A stretch of DNA of 61,797 nucleotides, counting the filler, from Dimargaris cristalligena (Eukaryota): assembly GCA_003614675.1 (NCBI GenBank). It is 3 parts of 3 records of this genome, joined end to end, with 100 filler letters (N's around TTAATTAATTAA, not from the genome) between each part and the next. Parts side by side here need not be neighbours in the genome. Positions count along the whole stretch, not along the records: positions 20,647 to 41,186 come from ML002695.1; positions 41,287 to 61,797 come from ML002696.1; 1 more part is not named here. One strand, written 5' to 3'. The notes beneath the pieces were generated by a model. It made no database searches, was not told the origin of the DNA, and was given only the letters and a program-made list of their open reading frames with translations. Made by a program: the position numbers and the translations under genes. Of this stretch, positions 37,545 through 48,143 are shown in pieces. The stretch's first letter is position 1, and every line of letters starts with the position of its first letter.

Positions 37545-38615
37545 CTAAGGGGTCGATGGAACCTCGGGGGCCAAATCGGGTTCTTTGCCATCGCCGCAGT
37601 CGGCCATGTCGTCAAGAGTTTCGACAGGCGCTGGCTCAGGTGGAGAGGATTGTGGCACAACCAATGGCTCTTTCTCCGGATGGCTTGACGAGCTGGGTAA
37701 ATCGAACCTTTCGAGGGGAAACCCGGTGAGTTCGCCCCCTAGCTCGTTTGCCGTGGGGCTAGTAGGAGATGGGACTTTGCGGATACGGGATTTCGGAGTT
37801 TTGATGGGCCGAGACGCCGGAGGCAATTCGGGCAGTGGGGGAAAGTCCGCCGCTGGGGCATAGCGGGGATCAGGGGTAGCGGTTAGGGAAAGGTTCTCCA
37901 GTACCCGCCATGCCACTAACGCAGCGAATACTTGCCACATGATGGACAGCATGACAAACACGGCTGCGGTAGGTGCCGACCAGTAGTACATGTAGAAGCG
38001 CAGGCCGGTAAACTGGACGTCAAAATGGGCTGTGGCACTGTAGGTCTGTAGGGCTGGGTTGCTGAGGGTCACGTACATGTGGGTGATTGGATTATGCTTC
38101 TGGTCAACCATGTTTTCGAGCAACACAATCCGCAGTTCCTGGGCCTCGCCGCCCCAGCCCAAAAGCAGGGGCACGGCCCGCATGAAGGTGGCGAGGGTCC
38201 GGGTGATTGTAGACTGGTAGTGTAGGAGTCCGGGGCGGTTGGAGTGGTACACGGTTTGGTTTTGACTGTCTTTCAGGTCAGCAGATACCATGAAATTACC
38301 CAGTTGACGGTTGGTGGAAGAGGTGGGCAGGCGGAGACGGAGGCTAACCACATAGCCCTGGGCACTGGAAAAGACCTGGCTCTCCCCATCGGGGGCGATG
38401 GGTACCAAGGCGACGGCGGGCTGAGGGAGCGCGGCGTAGTTAAAATAGACGGGCAGTTCATGCGAGAGTTGGGGTATGAGGAGGTAGTAGAGCGAGGCGT
38501 ACGACAGAAGGGCGAAGAAGACGGCGAGGCCTACGGCCAACGAGCCAACAACGGCCCGCACCGACCAGTATTTGGTTCGCTCCACGTCGACGTAAGCAGG
38601 GAGCCAGTTCAGCAT
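37545..38615 (-). CDS. Seipin (BSCL2/Sei1 family, lipid droplet biogenesis), ~356 aa
   Basis: Two TM segments flanking a luminal domain (HELPVYFNY, Y.VSLRLRLPTSSTNRQLGNFMV, FTGLRFYMYYW); first in-frame ATG at 38615. Confidence 0.9.
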   Translation of the reverse strand: MLNWLPAYVDVERTKYWSVRAVVGSLAVGLAVFFALLSYASLYYLLIPQLSHELPVYFNYAALPQPAVALVPIAPDGESQVFSSAQGYVVSLRLRLPTSSTNRQLGNFMVSADLKDSQNQTVYHSNRPGLLHYQSTITRTLATFMRAVPLLLGWGGEAQELRIVLLENMVDQKHNPITHMYVTLSNPALQTYSATAHFDVQFTGLRFYMYYWSAPTAAVFVMLSIMWQVFAALVAWRVLENLSLTATPDPRYAPAADFPPLPELPPASRPIKTPKSRIRKVPSPTSPTANELGGELTGFPLERFDLPSSSSHPEKEPLVVPQSSPPEPAPVETLDDMADCGDGKEPDLAPEVPSTP

Positions 38616-39064
38616 GGCGAAAGAAAGGGACACAATAGCGGGCAAGTAGGGTAGCCAACCCGCAAGGGAATGGGGGGATATAGAGGGTGAGGAGGGTGGG
38701 AGAGCCAGCCATGCATTGTTGCCTATCGACAGACACCGCCACCACCATGGGAGAAAATTCTGCTAATTCTAAAAAAAAAACACCCCCCGCTATACGAAGC
38801 ATTCCCGTATTGTGTGCACCCGAAACCCTTTTCCCCGCCACTTTATAAGCGGTAGGTTGAACACCCCGTCCGAGTCACTCGGTTCCTAGATCCATTCTTT
38901 TTTCACTCACGACTCTCCTCAGTTATTCATTAACTGTTCATTGGCATTTAGACGCATTCTCGGTTGGTGAGCTCCTTAGTTGCCTGATCTTAACAGCTTT
39001 ACAACACACCCCATACTTACCCCTCCCCCAACGTCTGACTCCGCTAAAGGCTCAGACAAACGCT

Positions 39065-39986
39065 ATGCCCAAGAATAAGGGAAAGGTACTTAGGCTCTGC
39101 TACATCTTACTCCTTGCTTAAACCGTATTCCCCAGATCCGACCTGGACCCTTTCGCTTATCTCATACATAGCCAGCCCCCACTCCGCGTTCTGCCATCTA
39201 AGGATGTCCCTATTGTCACCCTTATCCTCTCACCGTTAACATCCAACATTTTCCCATCCATACTCTCCCCCTTCGGCATCCCTTTCCTCCCTCCACACTA
39301 GGGCGGTAAAAACCGTCGTCGTGGTAAGAATGAAAACGAAGGCGAAAAGCGTGAACTCGTCTTTAAAGAAGAAGGGCAAGGTAAGAAATACTCCGCTAGT
39401 ATACTACGCCAAACTCACCTATTATTCCAACTGAGATAAGGCCCAAATCTACTTCCCAACTCGTGCCTAACCCCCCTCCCCCATCTCCCCGCACACCCAC
39501 CCGCCCCCTAACCGTACCTTCCTATGCACAGAATATGCCCAAGTTACCAAAATGCTCGGTAACGGCTACGTCGAGGCTCAGTGCTTCGACGGTATTAAGC
39601 GGATAGCGCATATCCGTGGTAAGATGCGCAAGAAGGTCTGGATCAACCAGGGCGATATCGTCCTTCTGTCGCTCCGCGATTTCCAGGATGATAAGGCTGA
39701 TATTATCCTCAAGTATAACGCCGATGAGGCCCGTAACTTGAAGACCTACGGTGAACTCCCCGAGTCCGCCAAGATCAACGAAACCGATACCTTCGGTGCC
39801 GACGAAGAAGAAGTAGATTTTGATTTTGAAATCGATGATGTAAGTCTACCCGTCCACATATGCCCTGTGCACACTTACATTTACATTGCCCTTGGAGCCA
39901 CCCCTTGGCCACTTGGTGTATTTATTTATCTAACGGCATTATCTAACCTATTATATTCTAATCCATATAATGCTCTATAGATCTAA
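39065..39986 (+). CDS. TIF11: Translation initiation factor eIF1A, 4 coding exons, 137 aa
   Basis: Exons 39065-39085, 39302-39380, 39532-39839, 39981-39986 give [46 protein letters not shown]. Confidence 0.96.
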
Positions 39987-40905
39987 TCGATGCAAACTTC
40001 TCCACCGGTCCCTAATACAGCTCGGGCTACCATCCTGTACCCCGCACCACTCAACAGCCTTGACGGTGTGGCAGCTGGTTATCCGAACCTCTGCGTCTAT
40101 CTGCCCGCTTTTACCTGGTTGCCCAAAGCTTGTATTATACCACCCCCGTCTCCCCACCAGTCCCCCATTTTTGTTTGGGCCTGATATGCTCCCGTCCGTG
40201 GCCATTGGGCGCACCCTTTACCTGCCCCTACCCATTTCGGGCTTTTACCGGCCTTGCTTACGACATTGGCTGGCTATCTGTAGGCGTTCTCGGTTCACAT
40301 ACCGCCGGACACTCCACTATTTCAGATACCGCCTGTCCATACTTGTATCCTGTTTCGTAAATACCCTCACATGGGTTGCAGCTGTTTGTCCGGTGACGAC
40401 GCCAAGTCTCGTCCAAATAAAACCCTCCTTACTTCCACTCCCATCCCCATCCGTATTTGTTATCAATAATTGGCATCGTTACATTAGCCAAGTCACCCAA
40501 GATAGGGTATAATGAGGCATCCATACTGCTTCAATGTAGATACCAGAGTGATTTGCTAGAGTGGATTAAACAGGACTTATATTCAAGTTAACGGGGGGGA
40601 GGGTTAGTGAGCCAACCCACCACGATCTTAGAAAATGAACCGGACGAGACTTCCTTTGGGGGAAATGTAATAGGCTGATGGGAATGAGAAAACAAAACCA
40701 AACGAATGTGCATTGGAATAAGGGCTAAGGATATATATTTATAGAGCCTTGGTTATTGAATCCCGAGAACAGAAGATGTTACCGTTGACCACCGGGCTCA
40801 TTTTTAATGGCAGGAAAATAGGGAATAGGAAGGGAGTAAAATAATAGGCAAGCAGCTCTGATAACTGGAGGAGCGGGGGTGAGGGTAAGAGTAGGGGTGG
40901 GGGGT

Positions 40906-41186
40906 TTACTGGTTACCAGCGGCGGCACCGGCTTCGGCGGTTTTGGCATCATCGCCTTCCTCATCCTCTTGCTCGAAAGTGTTAAGGGGCACCGAGTACA
41001 AGCGAAGCAGCGGCTTGGCGGGGTCACGGGCGATGACGTATTTGCCTTCGGGCAGCTCCAGGCACAGATCCACGATGGCCTTGACAATACCCCAGGCGTT
41101 GGGCAGGGACACATTGAGTTGCCGGGCCAGTTCGGTGGGCTTGTAGCTCTGCACGGCCAGTAGGGCGTGTCGCTTGTTATCGCGCG
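40906..41186 (-). CDS. EIF3D: Translation initiation factor eIF3 subunit D, C-terminal fragment (5' part lost in gap)
   Basis: QSYKPTELARQLNVSLPNAWGIVKAIVDLCLELPEGKYVIARDPAKPLLRLYSVP followed by an acidic tail. Confidence 0.9.
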
Positions 41187-41286
41187 NNNNNNNNNNNNNN
41201 NNNNNNNNNNNNNNNNNNNNNNNNNNNNNNTTAATTAATTAANNNNNNNNNNNNNNNNNNNNNNNNNNNNNNNNNNNNNNNNNNNN
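41187..41286. other. Artificial 100-bp assembly spacer
   Basis: 44 N + TTAATTAATTAA (41231-41242) + 44 N. Confidence 0.97.
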
Positions 41287-44200
41287 CGGAATTGGGTGGA
41301 GTGGTGCCTCGGGACGAACTCGCCGGGGTGCCAGGAGTGGTCAGGGAAGTACTTACAGGTGCCGAGCCTGGGATAGGACGGGAGGAGGCTGGCAAACGCT
41401 CCATACTACTGACAGCCTCATCAATCGTCAATTGGGTGGGCAGGGATGCATAGGGGAGGGGGCTTGAGAAGGCATTGGCTGGTAGACCTGTGGACGACGA
41501 CAATGGAAGGCTTCCCCCCTCGGTAGCGATTGCGCTCCGAAGAAGCCCGGCAGTCAGAGGGGAATTGGGCGTACTGGGGGTGGAGGTGATGCCCTTGTTG
41601 ACGTCGTTGAGAAGGGTCACATTTTTGTAGTTGAAAGAGTCAAACTGGGAATCGCTGGGGGGCGGGGGTGGAGAGATGCGCAGTGCAGAGGAGAAGGCAC
41701 GCTTGCTCATATTCAGAGCGGGGGGGCAGAGGCCGTCGTCCAGGTGGGAGTGACTGGACCGATCCACCCGATCGAGTTCGGAGGACGTATCGGAGGATGT
41801 AGGCGATAGGGAGAGTTGAATCTCTCTCTCATCGGCCACAGGGCCATTAACTGGTCCCTGCAGTGGGGAGAGAGGGCCGGGAGCGGGCGGAGTGGCCCCC
41901 AAAGGCATGGCCCCTGGTATGACATTGGACCGGGAATTGCGCTTGGAGGAGTGCCGTGATAATTGAGGCGACCGGTTTAAGCTGGCTCGGCGAGAGGCCG
42001 GGTGACTGTCCAAGAAGAGCAAGTCCGGCAGGGGTGAAGTGGGAATGGACGGCGACCGGTAGGAGGAAGGGGCGGTAGCCACTGCTGCTGATAGGGAGAG
42101 GGCGGGAATACCACTGCCATAGTGGGTGTACCGGGGAGAACCCGGTGGGGTGCATTGACTGGGCCCAGACTGGGAGTGCCGCATCCGGAAGGAGGAGTTG
42201 GACCGAGAAGGGGTCACGCTTCGGCTGGAGTTTTGACTGTTGTGAGGGGACAGGCCGGTGGGAGTACGCACTGCAGGTGGGATTCCGCTGGAGGACGGGT
42301 TACCCCACACTGACGGGGTGAAGGCAGGGCTTGAGGTGTGCGAACGTAGGGACTTGCTAAACACATCACCGTCACTATTGGAGTTGGGGTTGTTGGATTC
42401 CACTATGGAGGGGTGACGCTTAGCCGAAGCAAGGCTACTGGATTGAGGGGTTGCACTTCGGCCAGGGGCCAAGTCCGTCAGTAAGGGGCGGGTGACCGCC
42501 ACTGGGGAGGTCAGCTGCCCAGTCGTTGGTAGGTGAGCCATGGAACTGGAACCTCCCAAGGGATAATAGTCCTGGCCACTTGAGGGACGGCGAGAGTTGG
42601 AGACAAGCGACGACTTACGAGAGCGGGGGCCGGCTAACGCAGCACCGAGATCGGTGTAGGAAGCCGAGAGGTGGATGAAATTCTGGCTCCCATCCGCGCC
42701 GTCATTGTAAATAAAACTTGAGCCCTGGACATTTCGGGCGCTAATATCGGAGAGGCGCTGAATATCAGGGCGGGCGTTACGTAGCTCAAAGTAACTGGTA
42801 TCGAGATTATCCTCGGGCTGCGGGAGAAATGGGGCATCCTGTTCGTGGAGATGGTCCCAATCCACTCCCCGATAGAACGGATGGGACTGGATCTGGCTGA
42901 TGCCAAAGCGCTTGCGAGGATTCTGCTCCAACAGATGATTGATCAAATCAATCGATTCTTCGGTTAACACAGGTCCATGGGAGTCGTCCGAACACTCACT
43001 CCCATCAGTGATATTGCTATCATCATCGTCAGCAATGGAGGTGGGGCGGGACCCCAGATCTCGGTCACTGCCCTCGCTGCTACTCGGGGGCCTGATTTCC
43101 TCCTTTAATTTGGATAGACCCGGTGGCGGGGGGGTAGCTCGAGCTTCGGGCAGGAGGACTAAGGAGCTTGCGGGAAGGGGACTTTCCGAGCGAGGACTAG
43201 CGGGCTCGGGCAGGGGAGGCCAATCAATGTCATGATTAAGAATATTTTTGAAAATGGCCTGGGGGGACTCATCGGTGAATGGCGGGTACCCGGTGAGGAA
43301 CTCAAAGACACAGACTCCAAAAGCCCACCAATCAACTTCGTGGTCATCGCTGGTCCCCAGTAGAAGCTCAGGGGCTAGGTAGTCGGGGGTACCCAAAAAG
43401 CGAGGGTCCCGCTCCGACTTACTAGGAGTGGCCGATCCAGGGGGGGAGTGCGAATGCTTGAGACCCCGGGCTCGGTGACGGCCGCCAGGTGTTTGATTAA
43501 CCGGAGTTGCCATGGCCAGCCAACTTGGTACCGACGAAGCGCCCCCGCCAGCATCATAGGCCTTGGCTGCTTCAGGGCCGGGTTCGGTCAGGAGAGGAGT
43601 CAAGGTGTGATCGGCCCCCTTGACCCGGATTTGGGAAAGGCCAAAGTCGGTCAGTTTAATGTGACCGCGGCCGTCAATTAGAATATTATCGGGTTTAAGG
43701 TCCCGGTGGATAATCCCATTCTGGTGGAGACTAGCGAGGGCCAGGGCCGTTTCAGCGGAATAGAACTGGGCCATGGTCAGGTCGAAACCCCCCATCCCCT
43801 GGACAAGCGAGCCCAAATCCCCACCGATGAGATATTCCATAACCAAGTAGAGATAGTCAGTGGAGTGAAAAGCGTAGTAGAGCTTCACCACGTAGGGAGT
43901 CTTCATCAGGGACAGTACCTTGCGTTCGGTTAGGGCCTGGGCAACCATATTCTTGCGAATCATATCGGCCTTTTTGAGCATCTTAATGGCAAACAGGTCC
44001 GAAGTGGTTTTCTTGCGACATAGGTAGACCTTACCGAAGGCCCCCCGAGAGATTTGCTTAAGGAGTTCGAAATCCTTGATGCTGGGGAGTTTCAATGGAG
44101 CGGCAGGTAGGACGGCCTGTGGAACAAGGCCCGTATTAGGCGGCGGAGGCATAGGCTGCATCGTCGAACCCATTGAACCAGTGGACGAAGCATCATCATG

Positions 44201-46868
44201 TCCAGTTGGGGAAGGTGGGCGGGCCACCGGGATGGGGGTGGAAACGAGAGAGGGCGATCGGAGGCTATAGTGCTGGATCGAAGGGGTTGGGGCTATGGCA
44301 GGACGCGGCGGGGGAGGAGCGGGATCCACGATGGGGTTGGCCGGTTGGGCGTTGGGATTGGAGGGTTTCCGGAATCCATGCCGGAACATGGCGGCAAACA
44401 GAGACATGACCTTGTTAGGTCCAGACGAGGCTGACGGGGGGCCCGACGGACCGCCGGAGCGAGACCCGGTGGTAATCCGGCTTGGGGGCCCCGTGGAGGA
44501 GGAACCGGCCGAGTCGGGGAAATAAGAGGTGGGGTCGGCACCCGTCTTGCGCCGCTTGAGCCAGGACGTGGGTCGGGGCTGTTCCTTGACGGACCCCTGG
44601 CTGCCGTCGGGTGTAGGTACCGGCTCACGGGCGGGGGACGCCTCCTCAGAGCGCAGAGTCCGGTGGGATTCATCGGGCCCTGCGGAGGAGAAGCGGGGGC
44701 GGGCGGGATGGTCTTCGTCATTATCAGACGGCCCAGTCTCGGCAGTTCGAGCATGGCTGAGATTGTGCTTCCGCATCCGGGGCGGGGGGGCCGCCAACCG
44801 ATAGGTCACGGCCATTCCCACCCTGGACATGCTGAAGGTAGGAGGGACTCGATGGACTATTGATACCGCTGGAGGAGGGGGAGGACCAGGTTCGAATTCT
44901 ATGGTCATATTCATGGAGTGATGCTCGCTTCTCCTTAAGGATGACTAATACCTTTTTGGCCAGGTAAAGAGTTTCGGGGTCAATCGAATGGACCGGACAG
45001 TGTCGATCCTGGTATTTACTGCTGGGATCTGAAGGTGCAGGTACAATGGGAGGGTGGGCACGGTCGATGAGCTGAAGGAGCTCACCTTCGTACTTTTTAT
45101 ATTTCTTAACCGCATAATGGAAGGGGGAGCCGTCGATTCGAATCAAGCGCTCGGCGACTCGAGCAACTAGATCAATATCTGGTAACCCAGCCTGGTCCAA
45201 TAGCCTACCACTGCTGGCCAGCTCCAGATGACGGGTTTCAGCCGCAGCAAGCAGTCGCTTGAGTCGCATGTTGCATTCGTGTAGGTAAAATTGGTACTCT
45301 TGCGTAATGGCACAATGTTCCGAATGTATCTCCAGGTCTTGGCGCGGCACATGGGTTTCGCAGATGCGACACAGCACAAGGTGGGGGTCGACCTGGGTAC
45401 TGATTTCGAGAGCCCGCGCCGACTTCTCCAGGGGATTTTCACCGGGGGGCACCCAGGACCCAGTGGTTAAGGAATTGGTCTCCAGACTTGAGGCCATTTC
45501 CTTTGCGGCCCCGTCGCCACTTTGGTGATTGAGTAGGGAGTGTTTGTCCGAGGAGTGGGTGGGCTCGGATGGTAGGGCCGAGAGGACAGGCTGTAGGGAC
45601 ATGCGCTTTTGCTGCTTCAGGCGCTCCTTGGGTTGAATGATAGACAAGGGACGAAGGGCGAAGAGGTTATTACTAAGTTTGCCGGAACCGGCAGAGGCAT
45701 TGGGAGTGGAAGGTGGATTGGCCAGGGCCACCGAGGCGGCGAGATTGTCCGCCCTTGAGCTGGTACCAGGAGCGGAGGAGAAGGTGATGGTGGGTCGGGT
45801 CATGACGGGGTCGGCCGGTGAAGTTGGATAGAGGAGGGGCTGGGATTGGCATTCATCCGGGGAGGTTAGGGAGTTCTTGACAATACGGGGAGAAGACCAG
45901 GGCGGGAAATAGGACGACTGCTGGTACTGGGCCGGATCGGGGGATACGGTGTAGCTTCGGTCCCGGGGGCCTTCCGGGCCACTATTGCGCCGGACCCCCT
46001 CCCGCTCACCGAGGGCGGGACCGTGGGGAATCCCCCGCAGACCCCCGCTTCCGTACAAGGGTGCAGAAGGGGGAGGACGCATATCCAGGTCAACGGAAGG
46101 ATCATGGTAGGTTGAGATACCCTGCATCGAATGGATTGACGATTTAGTGGACGAAGCGGTACGGGAGTGGGCCTTCCGCGAGAGATGGGTGTGGACAGTC
46201 GAGGGTGAGGGGGGCATGTAGGTTCCAGCAGCCAGAGTTTTGGGATATTGGCCGGGCACGAGGGGGCTGTGGGGAGTGGTGGTTGATGACGAACGAGATG
46301 AGCCTGACCAACGGTTCCCAGACGGGTTAATCTGGAGCGAGTTCCGAAGGGTCTTAAAAAAGCTTTTGACGGGTCGGAGAGGCTCGTTAGTCCGGTTTGG
46401 GTGGGTGGTACCGTTGCGGGCGGTCGGCCGCTCCTCGTCCAGGCTGTAGCTTCGTTCAACGCCGAAATTAGGGCGCTGATGGGCAGGATATACCACTTGA
46501 AAGGGCGACAGCTTGACATCATCGCCCCCTGGAGTAGCCGTATGGATCGACCGCATGGGACTGGGGCTGGCGGAGGGCCCACTGGGAGATAGAGTGGGAG
46601 GGGGGGTAGCTACGGTGGGGGCAGCGTCGGCAGAGAGTTGCCGTACGAGGGGCTTGTTGGACCATGGAGCCGACGCCCGCGGAAGCGTATCGTATCCAGA
46701 GGGCGAGCTGAGGGGTGGAAGCGCGTGCTGGCTCAAAGCAGGTGCCTGAAGGGATTGGCGCCGGGTGACCAAAGGGGTAGAAATGGCCGTTGGGGGATGG
46801 GCTGGGCCCTTCGCAGCGGGAACCCCCGCCGGGAGGTCCGTGGGGTTAGAGTTGGAGCCGGGGTTCAT
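41287..46868 (-). CDS. AGC Ser/Thr kinase, Greatwall/MASTL-Rim15/Cek1 family, with C2HC zinc finger; split by a frameshift near 44784-44790 and 3'-truncated by the gap
   Basis: ORF 46868-44724 carries CRICETHVPRQDLEIHSEHC; overlapping ORF 44914-41287 carries ISRGAFGKVYL, FAIK, HRDLKPDN, DFGLS, a long activation-segment insert, GTPDYLAPELLLG and an AGC tail (PFLPQPEDNLDTSYF; FDSFNYKN). Confidence 0.88.
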
Positions 46869-48090
46869 TCAAAGGATGTGGAAGGTATGGAATATGAACT
46901 ACAAGCGAGACACTATGAACGACTAAGAAATACAGTGGAGGGGAGGGCGTTTACGGACACGCTAATCGAAAGAGAGGGGGGAGAGACACCAGTAGTTCGG
47001 TAATTAGGCCGGGACGGGGGGGGAGGGGCAAATAGGCGGTAAAAATAGCCACGCCGGTGGTGCAGGCAGGGCAAACCAGCTGGGCAGTCGCACGTACACA
47101 GAGACCGATACAAACGGGAAATAAAGACGAGTAAAAAAGAGCGGAAACAAGGGCGTGGTGACTAGCCTACCGGCAGCGGTATTTCCTGGGGGACGAGGGG
47201 AAAGGCATGCGATAAAGTCAGATGCCAACGGGACTAGGCCGAGTGGGGACGAAGACTAGGCGGAAGAAGTAACGAGGTCCGGAAGCTGATGCGGGGCGGA
47301 AAAAGGGACCGACGAGGGTCGAAGTTGGGCGAAAAGCAATGGAGACTGAACGAGGGTAATTGTAGTGGAGAAAGGGAGTGGAGCAGTTGGCAGCCGGTGC
47401 GTTTTAGTAAAGGAACTCTCCCTCGCAGCTGTAAAAGGGGCAAGCCAAATGCGGTAGCATATACGCTGGGTGCGCATTCATTCACCCATATAAGCAGCAT
47501 ATAGCCCAGGAAAAAAAACCACGCTGTGGGATACTCAACCGCATACAAGCAGCCCCTCCTCCATTATTCCAGCCCATGCTGGGAGACTACCGTGGGCCGC
47601 AGGAATATAGAGCACCCTCGCACATCGACCCAACAAGCGACCTGGGTCATCGTTGACGGGAGTGGGAGCCGGTTAGCTGAGCAAGGATTGCCCCATTTTT
47701 GCACCGCCCCCGGCTGCCTGCCCTTGCCACTCAAAAAAAAGGGAACCTCTCTTCTTGTATGGCTTTTCTTTAAAATACGCTCCTATAATAGATAATGTGG
47801 TACTGTTGGCTGATTTGGTTGAGTAGTAGTGACGCTTCATTCGTCCACCCATTCGTGGAACAGGCGGTTGCTGCTACTCCATCCTTCATTACACGTTCGC
47901 ACCCATATGGTAGCATTGCAGGCTCCCCCTTTTAGGCTCCCGGATGTACGACGGTGTTTTAGGGGCGCCATAGCCGTGCTTTATCTCTTGCCAGTCCCGA
48001 AAATACCCACACCGCCGTCATCACCACTTCCCGTGGCCAAGGGGGGGAGGGAGATGGAATAAGGTGTGCAGACAGGGTAGGGCCAATACC

Positions 48091-48143
48091 ACTCTACTAC
48101 TACTACACTATACTATACTCTACCATACCATACCATACCATCC
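48091..48143. repeat. Compound simple repeat (CTA)n / (TACCA)n
   Basis: ACTCTACTACTACTACACTATACTATACTCTACCATACCATACCATACCATCC. Confidence 0.8.

Noticed and set aside
38458-38748. Out-of-frame upstream ATGs overlapping the seipin start (possible uORF control)
   Set aside because: They lie upstream of the pyrimidine-rich tract where transcription probably starts; no TSS data to place them in the mRNA.
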